A DNA stretch of 64,000 nt from Antedon mediterranea (taxonomy: Eukaryota; Animalia; Echinodermata): positions 9,339,888-9,403,887 of the forward strand of contig NC_092676.1 of NCBI RefSeq assembly GCF_964355755.1, in the 5' to 3' direction. Position numbers and translations under genes: made by a program. The notes beneath the pieces were generated by a model. It did not search any database and was not told the origin of the DNA. It saw nothing but the letters and a program-made list of their open reading frames with translations. Positions 36,501-42,500 of this stretch are shown here, piece by piece. Each line of letters opens with the position of its first letter. The stretch's first letter is position 1.

Positions 36501-36559
36501 GATCAGATAAAGGGTTCAACATTTCTTATAAAGTAGTCAAAGCAGCTCAGACTTCATGA
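76..36559 (+). CDS. ADAMTS-family metalloprotease gene A (5'-truncated by window; 16 exons; M-Dis-TSP1-Cys-spacer-2xTSP1-2xCUB)
   Basis: AG/GT-bounded exons 76-216, 2560-2707, 3381-3479, 3962-4110, 4261-4324, 6856-6964, 11887-12032, 13678-13801, 33155-33232, 33438-33592, 33896-34171, 34434-34572, 34665-34846, 35401-35572, 35949-36136, 36389-36559 splice in consistent phase to a stop (TGA 36557-36559). Motifs: LGMFHDG...IM (third zinc His plus Met-turn), DEQC...[31 protein letters not shown] (TSP1), [32 protein letters not shown] (spacer), and two CUB domains (SPNYP/SPSYP, DYVK/DYLQ, CG, FHS..KGF). Confidence 0.93.
787..1878 (+). mobile_element. 5'-truncated L2-group LINE (RT C-terminus and 3' tail)
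   Basis: ORFs 741-1286 and 1316-1570 carry [57 protein letters not shown]. The element ends gcgccttgagcac...gtgcgctataaaaat(tta)n, a typical L2 tail. Confidence 0.88.
2040..2306 (-). mobile_element. Helitron-like non-autonomous fragment (5' end)
   Basis: The minus strand begins a|TCTATATATAAAT, like the Helitron 5' ends at 7362 and 8587. The terminal ~55 bp are shared with 11290-11303 plus 11564-11605. Left boundary is approximate. Confidence 0.5.
2560..2707 (+). CDS. ADAMTS A exon: metalloprotease/disintegrin-like boundary
   Basis: YWGVNCLD...[17 protein letters not shown]...CIFEQ; cag|...|gtcaga. Confidence 0.9.
3381..3479 (+). CDS. ADAMTS A exon: disintegrin-like domain
   Basis: [33 protein letters not shown]. 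Confidence 0.9.
3962..4110 (+). CDS. ADAMTS A exon: central TSP1 repeat
   Basis: WCRKGVCV...[32 protein letters not shown]. Confidence 0.93.
4261..4324 (+). CDS. ADAMTS A exon: end of TSP1
   Basis: [21 protein letters not shown]. Confidence 0.9.
5280..6815. mobile_element. Non-autonomous TIR transposon with 9-bp TSD (Mutator-like)
   Basis: ~130-bp inverted repeats at 5280-5410 and 6689-6815, flanked by the direct repeat TGGCCGGGT (5271-5279, 6816-6824); no ORF. Confidence 0.7.
5734..6358. mobile_element. Kolobok-like MITE, copy 1 (TTAA TSD)
   Basis: TTAA|AGCCCCATTCCCT...AGGGAAGGGGTCT|TTAA; near-identical copy at 9722-10347. AG..CT termini with a TTAA TSD fit Kolobok. Confidence 0.8.
6856..6964 (+). 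CDS. ADAMTS A exon: Cys-rich domain
   Basis: [19 protein letters not shown]...[11 protein letters not shown]. Confidence 0.88.
7175..7361 (-). mobile_element. Helitron 3'-end fragment, opposite orientation
   Basis: The hairpin-CTAG end ctagagggttcgctcgtttcgctcgcgcaccctctag is a diverged reverse complement of the 3' ends at 8586 and 9519. Confidence 0.6.
7362..8586 (+). mobile_element. Non-autonomous Helitron, unit 1
   Basis: a|TCTATATATA 5' end; 3' GC hairpin ctagatggtacgcgagcgaagcgagcgtaccatCTAG; no TSD. Confidence 0.85.
8587..9519 (+). mobile_element. Non-autonomous Helitron, unit 2 (head-to-tail with unit 1)
   Basis: TC 5' end directly abuts the CTAG of unit 1; same 3' hairpin, CTAG|t; internal deletion relative to unit 1. 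Confidence 0.85.
9722..10347. mobile_element. Kolobok-like MITE, copy 2 (TTAA TSD)
   Basis: Same termini and TTAA flanks as 5734-6358; only a handful of differences over ~625 bp. Confidence 0.8.
10497..11030. repeat. Degenerate tandem repeats (78-bp duplication; aaaacaaattgtagttcacgtaaagtaaaggc-type units), probably internal to a Helitron-like element whose 5' end is at 11605
   Basis: gcctcctatagtaacattgaatcgcac... occurs twice; the ttgtagttcacg motif recurs several times. Confidence 0.65.
11304..11563 (-). mobile_element. tRNA-derived SINE with LINE-like 3' tail
   Basis: Minus strand: A box tggcttggtgg, B box gggttcaagt, tail ctgtaattggc...ctgttggatg..(aaata)n. It interrupts a sequence that is contiguous at 2252-2280. 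Confidence 0.75.
11887..12032 (+). CDS. ADAMTS A exon: Cys-rich domain
   Basis: [11 protein letters not shown]...FIDGSRCDS...MCFSGRCE. Confidence 0.9.
12186..12710. mobile_element. Degenerate PIF/Harbinger-like fragment
   Basis: aagcctgttttcctgtcgacg resembles the TIR of element 27849-29334; internal gagttgaa..ttcaactc palindrome. Confidence 0.45.
13678..13801 (+). CDS. ADAMTS A exon: Cys-rich/spacer boundary
   Basis: [27 protein letters not shown]. Confidence 0.92.
14784..15604 (-). mobile_element. HINE/DINE-1-like non-autonomous Helentron with (GACA)n microsatellite
   Basis: aaa|CAAG...agtcgcgtg subTIR...(gaca)n...ctatagagtcgcttccacgcgact|aaaaa; inserted in an A-run that splits LINE ORF1. 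Strand assigned by analogy with the autonomous Helentron. Confidence 0.8.
15696..16040 (-). mobile_element. Chimeric SINE: 5S rRNA head + tRNA-like segment + CORE-like box + Rex1/Babar-like tail
   Basis: Reverse complement of 15921-16040 is 5S-like (ccggttctcgtcagatcaccgaagttaagc...ggatgggagaccg...gggtgctgta). 15847-15915 has A and B boxes, followed by ccttaggcaag (CORE-like) and the tail gaatttcctcactgaggacaaata(caaaata)n. Confidence 0.78.
15921..16040 (-). pseudogene. 5S rRNA-derived sequence (SINE head, not a functional 5S gene)
   Basis: ~120-nt collinear match to the metazoan 5S consensus with substitutions and indels; no T-run terminator, runs on into the SINE body. Confidence 0.8.
17627..19927 (-). 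CDS. Helentron PIF1-like SF1 helicase + apurinic-like (APE) endonuclease
   Basis: [56 protein letters not shown]; then [40 protein letters not shown]. Confidence 0.92.
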   Translation of the reverse strand: MVIVLTIICDMLDPSLEQENDEQREIGTNVNVQNLATEPEGIVDTKDEVTSDLGSIFRRIDISDKEQMCQSVTKLDEDQRQAFNWVLKYLRDIQKSTQLGTRVTDPPLLVVHGGAGSGKSELIRVIAQWAEATLRTDDDRNPDQPLVILAAPTGTAASNIKGLTMHTAFNLPFGNKFISLSDKKRDAMRSLLQGLKLVVIDEMSMVKADQLYQLNLRLQEILGNQRDFAGISIVLFGDLLQLRPVSARYIFDEPSNENFALSFTLRSLWDLFTMIELRYNHRQGDHREYAEVLGRIRYGLKEQPDIDFLKKRVTKDIPIDGIHLFGTNAEVNHFNDERLSDLEGTEYTIHAVNIHPTQKTYKPKISRDGCVNNTPFQSTLKLKEGARIMLTYNIQIQDRLVNGAMGTVSIVNTKPDSNNQAVVTEVMIKFDDEEVGEMLRKSTKRTDGLTVIKPISYEYSIGSKEKKNTTSVKLIQIPLRLAWGCTVHKFQGQTIIAPTKLVGHMEKIFHPSQAYVLFGRIQTQDQLFLTCFDAEKMINVNPGALLTAQLIKNSAINTRYREWTDVKSTKTKLVQLNIRSLRNHLADISSDFELMNADCICLTETWLLKNVQIDIIPLPRYKLFTCSEGRGKGVAIYVKSNYTVSPLHSEAKKNYQILKIGLSNFELICVYRSPNSPITEFTEALLRCISNNKKTVICGDINTDPTGNKLFESLTNLGFTQIINESTHIEGRILDHVYHNMENNVDHFLHPVYYSDHDATCFSFLE
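19899..20261 (-). CDS. Helentron Rep-helicase linker (frameshifted segment)
   Basis: [14 protein letters not shown]...[10 protein letters not shown], a conserved Helitron linker; overlaps the neighbouring ORFs in other frames. Confidence 0.8.
   Translation of the reverse strand: MINLLLLDVRPTEFLPALIKLTDTLYMKLRQRPAILRQHKCNQIKEPHQFAYSELLLYWPWLKESDCISDDFQKCLDLYESKLNEINIVKNMLFPHRNNVEAGRNFIESQDNGHRANHYM
20194..22956 (-). CDS. Helentron HUH Rep (rolling-circle initiator) region
   Basis: [41 protein letters not shown] (HUH), [33 protein letters not shown] (Y2 motif). Confidence 0.92.
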   Translation of the reverse strand: MNTNNAYELYVIKAELLSTDKTKYVCHTCKGYLVKGKMSPMCVRNGLNLDPIPPDLELSELGRVLVARSILFLKLRVLPSSGWSAMKDRVIYVPITDDDILNTMSQLTSLPRLPDDAGLIPVKLKRQIEKQPYVLNAYIDPKKLIQAIMTLKELGHPGYTDVKINEFYHAQIKQEVANDPDEEEDSPIDEIVNDDDVNIKTNDNNDSNDRSDTKETNENEEDGRTRYQSCNNLSTVMSDDHAEIHLVCPEREKNRSDTDSLSVAPGQGKTPTNFMRDESWDINSFPTLYPTGRYGLHYLRAIKLAPWKFFCQRLYNVDRRFISSDAFTFASLYYLERHSIESQISVSYLKGNVNSSRELQNVEDAFSVLDQIPGSPRYWKKQRNIMFARLENLGPFLFFFTLSCADTRWPENITSILSRNHDISYQMEDGIETIYVDGEPLEYTEEGRIKIDNLRKLLQENTDIVARNFNQRVKAFIKNIMMGKNSPMHIESYNYRVEFQKRGAGHIHGVCWPTFEKLEEDFPGITSSIDSLRQNKHLSDSQKDVTVKLVDNFITCDTKPENDLYYIAKQLQTHSHTKSCRKYGTDCRFGFPRFPSERTIIAQPLNKSQLTDDEYKQILGNHHTTLEAVRKTLLDLQKKNKLDETSIDQLLRLADVSHEDYYRALEVSEKGTVIVLKRAVNEIMVNNYNKEWIRAWDGNMDLQVCLDYYAVITYITDYYMKDDTGTMKYLIDAAKEMRGSDKSNQEKMRYLARVFLTYREKGKFEAIYLMDPSLHLTNSNIKPVWVDTNLPEKRRKFLMQIDDGDYSDDADPAKSEPDDDDDENNRTMKKSNRANSNVITIPGKKGKYVQRNLSIHEKFEKRPGPIRIMTLAQFSTMYDTCPFSQTKGKVFTDQVHGVSDKPIVIGCETHRIPTSIDQTH
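22969..24429 (-). CDS. Helentron N-terminal region: OTU-like cysteine protease, Zn-finger, 17-aa repeats
   Basis: [31 protein letters not shown] (OTU Cys/His); CKGC...HLAKNMTC; CIVCHR. In frame with the Rep ORF across a single TAG at 22969-22971. Confidence 0.85.
   Translation of the reverse strand: MPRSSKRKAHLKEARSSKYDKRETHKTSQCSTDCSKKNTDLVDANVTDIESRYIFSPPTFNWQERQCRSLNLEVSVHLVHYDGIERTLTSSFKKRNIYPDGNCFFRALSYVIFGNEYMHGFLRAAVITHLHQHRNDAFEKFEFNGNIDSREKEFREHLDNLAITGADSVHWATMLEVIAAASLLKTDIYVYQNLNANTTELTWGWQRYAATALYDFGLEQERENCSIYLVNSSNVHFDVVVGFKTEEPEQSTCEQPATDQPSPDTSVPEQPAPDQPSTDTKVPSESICKGCGKSFKRLKGHLAKNMTCRKMYPDDYTSNNRCGYKQKHETERLMNESDENRSKRLGRFKSYHESHRDDISVKKKSYHESHRDDISAKKKSYHESHRDDISAKKKSYHESHRDDISTKRKSYHETHRDDINAKKKSHYESHREKKEKCVKRYTHKKHSNTENDRLSKFLEHIRYGPIYPCIVCHRMLYKNGVTEITE
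23141..23385 (-). repeat. 51-bp coding tandem repeat ([17 protein letters not shown]-like, ~5 copies)
   Basis: ctgatatcatctcgatgagattcgtgataacttttcttcttagcg units within the Helentron ORF. Confidence 0.9.
24896..24968 (-). tRNA. tRNA-Val(AAC)-like gene/pseudogene inside the Helentron
   Basis: GGCTTCT TG GCGTAGTGGTTATCAC G TTTGC TTAACAC GCAGA AGGTA CCTGG TTCGAGC CCGGG CGAAACC T. A and B boxes intact, anticodon and T stems pair, 2 acceptor-stem mismatches; followed directly by a T10 run. Confidence 0.75.
25040..25325. repeat. ~270-bp direct repeat of the Helentron opposite end (16967-17240)
   Basis: Collinear alignment aagcacgaatgtgc..tactcgg.gtacagc..gaagctgtaatgacgtcataagac..gaataagggaggagtagtacttt, roughly 85-90% identical by eye. 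Confidence 0.9.
27849..29334. mobile_element. Non-autonomous PIF/Harbinger element
   Basis: Perfect TIR AGGCTGGTTTCCTGTCGACGTAAGAA; TAA TSD (27846-27848, 29335-29337); excision restores [16 protein letters not shown]. Confidence 0.9.
29751..30464 (-). mobile_element. 5'-truncated RTE-clade LINE
   Basis: [44 protein letters not shown]; (TAG)n tail; 9-bp TSD GCGACTCTA (29742-29750, 30465-30473). Confidence 0.9.
30419..31705 (+). CDS. Rex1/Babar reverse transcriptase segment
   Basis: RT motifs as listed for 27371-32260; the first ~15 codons derive from the RTE insertion. Confidence 0.8.
   Translation: MRMQHFQGRVGGFLLCDSNRMKILTREIKSEIMKQKVFRSNNMKQVWQGIKLMSGYTNGGNTPTSIPNVTVQYVNELNEFYNRFNVHDFKKEREALFSLCLVTEDDPKFSISISDVHNEFMKLNSSKAAGPDRIPPRVLKVCSPHLDGIFTFIFNMCLSYHAFPDIWKLSCIIPVPKKPKINSMNDLRPVALTSVAMKILERIILKIMQPYAEKVLDPLQFAYRSLRSTSDAIYFKLHKLYSHLDNVKKGHSARIMYFDFQSAFNTIQPHILADKMLNMEFPRPIVRLVLNFICDRKQFVNINGVKSEIVTSDTGVPQGTVNAPKLYSLYTADYRSLNDELCPVVKFADDTSNIGLIVSNNDENYRSEIQRFVKFCDDNYLQINASKTKEMIIDFRTKHKFNFQPITIKGKEIEIVDQYKYLGIGETI
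33155..33232 (+). CDS. ADAMTS A exon: spacer
   Basis: [25 protein letters not shown]; phase matches exon 13678-13801 across the 19.4-kb intron. Confidence 0.87.
33438..33592 (+). CDS. ADAMTS A exon: spacer
   Basis: [11 protein letters not shown]...SAGVDLVY...[14 protein letters not shown]. Confidence 0.87.
33896..34171 (+). CDS. ADAMTS A exon: spacer end and TSP1-2
   Basis: VSYSYY...[24 protein letters not shown]...KP..QRPC. Confidence 0.92.
34434..34572 (+). CDS. ADAMTS A exon: TSP1-3
   Basis: [16 protein letters not shown]...[14 protein letters not shown]. Confidence 0.92.
34665..34846 (+). CDS. ADAMTS A exon: CUB1 N-half
   Basis: [27 protein letters not shown]...CKNDYVK. Confidence 0.92.
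35401..35572 (+). CDS. ADAMTS A exon: CUB1 C-half
   Basis: [15 protein letters not shown]...[18 protein letters not shown]. Confidence 0.9.
35949..36136 (+). CDS. ADAMTS A exon: CUB2 N-half
   Basis: [27 protein letters not shown]...CRYDYLQ. Confidence 0.92.
36389..36559 (+). CDS. ADAMTS A last coding exon: CUB2 C-half
   Basis: ITETQDG...LCGSRTG...[17 protein letters not shown]...TS*. Confidence 0.9.
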   Translation: MTETQDGNVEDPLCGSRTGEVFEFTGGIKLLFHSDSSRSDKGFNISYKVVKAAQTS

Positions 36560-36571
36560 AGTAATCACAAA

Positions 36572-36730
36572 AGCTGTTTCTGGGTGGTTTAAATATTCGG
36601 CTACCAATCCCAGGGTCATGGATTCAAATCCTGTCATGCCAGGAGGTTTTTCTCTTTTGTGATTAGTTTAAGGGAAGGCCACATTATTAGCCACTGGGGT
36701 ATCTGGCCTCTCCAAACTCTCACAAAAAAA
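36572..36730 (+). mobile_element. tRNA-derived SINE fragment in the ADAMTS A 3' UTR
   Basis: agctgt..gggtggtt..ggctaccaatcccagggtcatggattcaaatcc resembles the head of SINE 11304-11563; ends in an A-run. Confidence 0.55.
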
Positions 36731-37209
36731 ATCATTAAAATATATTATGAAAACAACAGACTGAACTAATAATTAGTCTGTCAAATTGTAATATTGTTAT
36801 TATTAAATGTTTTTGCTTGCAATATACACGCTTTAAAATCAATATTTTTTACTAACATTCTTAATTTAATAATTAAAATTGCTATAATGTTCCGGTGTAC
36901 TCCACCAAACAATTTTTATATACATTGACACATTGCTAATACAAATATTGATATTGTAATCAGTATTAAAAGAAGTTTTTTTTACACTTATTAAAGTTTA
37001 ATATTATTTAATAGTGGTCTGTAATACACGACACCTCTGAGTTACTAAATAAATTAACTATATCTGGAATTATGTCTACTATGTCTAATTTCATTCAGTC
37101 GTACAACCATAAAAAGGTAACTCAAGTGAGTAGGTACAAAGCATTACCATTGCGACAATGCACGAACAAAAAGAGCCCTACTGTATAATGGTGCGAAGAG
37201 TCCCAATTA

Positions 37210-37327
37210 GCTTGCTTCCACTTCGGACGTAATCGCGACGCAAATTAGTTGACCAATGTTAAGATGTAATTTAAATAATCCATCGCTAGTGATTGGTCAA
37301 ATAAACTGCGTTGCGCTTAGCTGTTCT
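37210..37327. mobile_element. Small Harbinger-like MITE remnant
   Basis: gcttgcttccact ... agtgggacaagc imperfect TIR (right arm extends to ~37346); internal ttgaccaat/attggtcaa inverted pair. Confidence 0.4.
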
Positions 37328-37892
37328 TATTGGTAGTGGGACAAGCAATATTAGGAAGCTTTCGATGTGCGTCGACCGACGACCACTACATCATAGAAAT
37401 TCAACGTGTATATGAGTGAATAATTGGACGTGTTTCGTTGGTCACCCTTGCGACAATTGTAAACGCGGAATCCCCCTTCCACCATCATCACCGTTGTTAA
37501 CTTAGAAAAACGGGTGCTATTTCAAAAAAGTTTCGTGACTTTAAGGTTAGAATTAATAGAACAAAATACAGTAAAACACTACTTGCATGGACTGTATAAT
37601 TTTTTCTTTACCAAACAATATTTAACTTTAAATGAATTCTAGAGTTGGTCAGGCGAATCTTGAAATAGTCTATATTTCGAAGTTAGTTTTTATTCGTAAG
37701 AAAAGTATTTTTTAATATACTAATCCAGTTCTACTATTCTCTACACATTTTTTCATGTAGGCTAGTGGGCCTACTAGACAGGCCTGAAAGTGGACCCTTT
37801 TGCCATTAAATTCGGTATTAAAGTGGTATGGAAAACTTCCTTTTTTTGGAATAGCGTTTAACTGCACCTATTTAAATTGAAAGAAACGGTCG

Positions 37893-37998
37893 CTTAAAAA
37901 CCAATATAAATGGTTACTTAAAATAATGTTCGGCATTGGTTTGCAGTGATTACAAACGCATAGACATGGGTCTGAAGCAACCGACAGCTCTCTTACTT
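37893..37998 (+). pseudogene. ADAMTS pseudogene: TATA and first-exon remnant
   Basis: cttaaaaaccaatataaatggtta..ggcattggtttgcagtg..catgggtctgaagcaaccgacagctct aligns to the gene B promoter/exon 1 (55149-55256); MGLKQPTALLL vs MGLMRATTALVL. Confidence 0.7.
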
Positions 37999-38286
37999 AA
38001 AAGACAACCAGCGTACTCTCTTGACACGATAGTGTATACTTAAACACCGTAAGTTTCAAGTTTATGGAGTTATTCAGACAAAACGTATATAGGATAAACC
38101 ACCCTTGGTTTAACCACTGAAATACTACGTACTTGTATCCACGTAAATGCCATTGCACAAAATTAATGCGAATTAGTATACTGTACAATGATCACCTAGG
38201 TGTAGTTTTCACCTTTTAATAGTACTGTACGTTATGAATGATGAATATCGATTTTAATTAACAGAATCGTTAATTTGTCTTCATGA

Positions 38287-38876
38287 TTCAAGAATTCAAG
38301 ATTCAAGAAATGTTATTTGTCCATAAAAATGGAAATTCACTTTGCTTGGTAGATTAAAACAACAATATTGCAACAATTTAAAACGTGCAGTATTATAACA
38401 GATTAAAAATACAAGATAAAAAGTTAAAAATACTATTAAAAATGTAAAACTATTTAAAAAGTGCATTAACGTCTTACATTAGAATTAAAAATATGAATGC
38501 TATTTACAACGAAGGATTTTCTAGTTCTACAAAGATTTGCTCTTGGGGGTCGTAGCCTAATACCTGATCTATTTAAGTTATAACAGTAATGTAACGGATG
38601 AGTGGGGTCTTTCATAATACTGTTTACTTTTTTTTAAATACTCTTTTCATAGATAAATGAACAAGGCGTTAGATCAGCTTTAATAATACGTTGTGCAATT
38701 TTACGTGGTCTCTCAATATTTTTCTTATCATTTTCAGTAAAGTTACCATAAAAACATCCAATGCTAAAAGATAAAATACTTTAAATAATACTTTGATAAA
38801 ATAGAAATAAAATAGTGTTATCAACTCTAATTTGCTTGAGTTTTGTGAGAAAGTAGAGCCTTTGAGTAGACTTGCC
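38287..38876 (-). mobile_element. Rex1/Babar-like LINE 3' fragment
   Basis: Minus strand KSTQRLYFLTKLKQIRVDNTILFLFYQS..., tail gaatttcc..ggacaaata(cttgaat)n. Confidence 0.7.
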
Positions 38877-39530
38877 CCAAGTCTGTATTTATTGTCTTTT
38901 TTTTTTATTTATTTGTTTTTATTTCGACCGCGATTTTTGTCTGAAAATACAGACTTGTGAAACACGTATAGAAATCGATTTGCAGACCGCAAACCTCCGA
39001 TAAGAATGACGTAGGTTATCATACTGTATTTGGCTATATGGGGCGGGCGGTATGTAAATATGGATTTTGAATCAACCAATGATCATTTTGTTTCAAAATG
39101 AAAAAGATCGAGTACGTACAGTGCTGAATGTACTATCGAGACTGAACAACTGTTGATGAAATATAAAATCGTGTTGCCAAGTTGTTTTGTTTATTAATTG
39201 TTTAGTCCTCCTGTGTAGGGCTACTCAACTCGTACGTATGACCTGCCAAATAAAACGCCAATAAATAAGGTACATACCACCACCGACCGGCACACAACAG
39301 GGCTACACCACCACAAACACAGAACAGGACAGGGTCTGGGTGGGAATTATAAAATCAAATTATCTCCGCATAATATGATCCATTCAATGTTTGATTTGGC
39401 GGAGAAGCTAGCCTATCATATCAAGACGAGTTTTCATGTTCTTGGGAAAAATCCCATCAAATGTTTACCAGACTACTAGGCATATAAAATCATTTATAGC
39501 CTTCAGAAACTTTCATCAATGTATACCCAA

Positions 39531-42500
39531 TACTAGAGCAGTTAGTGCCATAAAAATAGCCAAGTTGTGCACTTTATTACCAAAGCATGAAACTTGCCAC
39601 AAATTTTCTTTGATGTATATAGATTAAAAATATCGGGGGGTGCCAAGTGTCCAACGTCCGGTATGGCGGCCATCTTGATTTCAAAATGGCCACCATAAAA
39701 ACAAAAAGTGTTCATATCTTGGCAACTATAAACAGTAGAGACTTGATTCTGGTGTTAAATTGTTCACAAACCACATATTTCTATTTGCTCTAATGAAAAG
39801 TTTCGTCAAAAAATGACCGGAAATGACGTTTCTCCCAGTTTGACCTTTGACCTCTTATCTGTATATCTCAGTAACTACTGATCATTTTCAATCGATTTTG
39901 GTGTCATTTTGTTCAGAATAGAGACATTTATATTTGTAGTAATGAAACATTTTCACATAAAATGACTGGAAATACCATTTATAACCTTTGACATATATAA
40001 TATGTGAACATACTGTATGTGGTTTACATTGGTATAAATGCACCTAATTTTTTTTAACGAAATAAATGACACTGCAAAAATGACCAGGAATTATTATTCT
40101 GAATTTTTGACTTTTGATGTGATAGGATAGGCGTAAAGTATGACAGATCACTGAGAAACAGCAATCACTGAGCTCATCTATGCCGACTTGTTTGCTAAAC
40201 TGTGATGTGTCAATCGTTAGATAAAGGTTTTGGTCCTCTCTCCATCATCTTTTTTTTTTTTGCACTGTATTATACCATATGGACAATTTGTCTGAAATAA
40301 AAGTTGAATTGAATTGTTAGATGCCATTTTGAAATATTTTTGATGTAAAGTAGCATTCTTTCGTTGGCCTCTTTGATGTTGCATATGAGACAAGTTCGGA
40401 AAGTTTTCATTTTCATGAGTTAAGAGAATACCGTCTTTCAAAGTACTTACTACAAACTTATTTGTGCAGTAGACCTACTTTCATTAGTTAGAAACTCAGA
40501 TAATTCTTGTTCATTTTCGTTGCATCTAAAAAAATGTACTCCATTTTTATGGTAATGGGCCTTTGCTGTAAACCATCTGAATCCTTTTCCTCGATTTTCT
40601 CTACTCATTGATTTTTTAGCAAAATCCGAACCAAATCAATTCGTAAAAGACATCTCAATATAATTATTCAAGTAATTCTCAAATTAGTGACATGGACCTA
40701 CAATATACTGTTCTGTACAAGACCTTTTTAGGCATCCACTTGTGGACTTTCACTTTTAAGGTCTTGGTCTCCTAATCATACAAGAAACAATGTCTGATTT
40801 AATCAATCAAAGTAGTGGGTCCAGACAAAGAAGGGGATGTAATACCATCCACAGACAAAGAAGGGGGTATAAGACCATCACAGACAAAGAAGGGGGTATA
40901 AGACTATCCACAGACAAAGAAGGGGTGTAAGACCATCCACAGACAAAGAAGGGGGTGTAAGACCATCCACAGACAAAGAAGGGGGTATAAGACCATCCAC
41001 ACACAAAGAAAGGGGTGTAAGGCCATCTACAGACAAAGAAGGGGTGTAGGACCATCCACAGACAAAGAAGGGGGTGTAAGACCATCCACAGACAAAGAAG
41101 AAAGGGGTGTAGGACCGTCCACAGACAAAGAAAGGGGTGTAAGGCCATCCACAGAGAAAGAAGGGGGTGTAAGACCATCCACAGACAAAGAAGGGGTGAA
41201 AGACCATCCACACACAAAGAAAGGGGTGTAAGACCATCCACACACAAAAAAAGGGGTGTAATACCATCAACAGACAAAGAAAGGGGTGTAATACCATCAA
41301 CAGACAAGGAAGGGGATATAAGACCGTCCACAGGCACAGAAGGGGTGTAAGACCGTCCACAGACAAAGAAAGGGGTGTAAGACCGTCCACAGACAAAGAA
41401 GGGGGTGTAAGACCACCCACTGACAAAAAAAAGCGTATAGGACCACTTACAGACAAAGAAGGGGGTATAAGACCATCCACAGACAAAGAAGGTGATGTAG
41501 GACCATCCACAGACAAAGAAGGGGTGTCGGGACAATCCACAGACAAAGAAGGGGATGTAAGACCACCCACAGACAAAGAAGGGGGTGTAAGACCATCCAC
41601 ACACAAAGAAGGGGTTATAAGACCATCTACAGACAAAGAAGGGGATATAAGACCATCCACAGACAAAGAAGGGGGTATAAGACCATCCACAGAGAAAGAA
41701 GGAGGTGTAAGACCATCCGCAGACAAAGAAGGGGTGTAAAACCATCCACACACATAGAAAGGGGTGTAATACCATCAACAGACAAAGAAAGGGGTGTAAG
41801 GCCATCTACAGACAAAGAAGGGGGTGTAGGACCATCCACAGACAAAAGGGGGTGTAAGACCATCCACAGACAAAGAAGAAAGGGGTGTAGGACCGTCCAC
41901 AGACAAAGAAAGGGGTGTAAGGCCATCCACAGAGAAAGAAGGGGGTGTAAGACCATCCACAGACAAAGAAGGGGTGTAAGACCATCCACACACAAAGAAA
42001 GGGGTGTAAGACCATCCACACGCAAAAAAGGGGTATAATACCATCAACAGACAAAGAAAGGGGTGTAATACCATCAACAGACAAGGAAGGGGATATAAGA
42101 CCGTCCACAGGCACAGAAAGGGTGTAAGACCGTCCACAGACAAAGAAAGGGGTGTAAGACCGTCCACAGACAAAGAAGGGGGTGTAGGACCGTCCACAGT
42201 CAAAGAAGGGGGTGTAAGACCACCCACTGACAAAGAAAGCGTATAGGACCACTTACAGACAAAGAAGGGGGTATAAGACCATCCACAGACAAAGAAGGTG
42301 ATGTAGGACCATCCACAGACAAAGAAGGGGTGTCGGGACAATCCACAGACAAAGAAGGGGATGTAAGACCACCCACAGACAAAGAAGGGGGTGTAAGACC
42401 ATCCACACACAAAGATGGGATTATAAGACCATCTACAGACAAAGAAGGGGATATAAGACCATCCACAGACAAAGAAGGAGGTATAAGACCATCCACAGAG

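Noticed and set aside
76-36559. Assigning the symbol ADAMTS13
   Set aside because: Only the domain architecture is similar; TSP1 count and the paralog's prodomain differ, and orthology needs a phylogeny.
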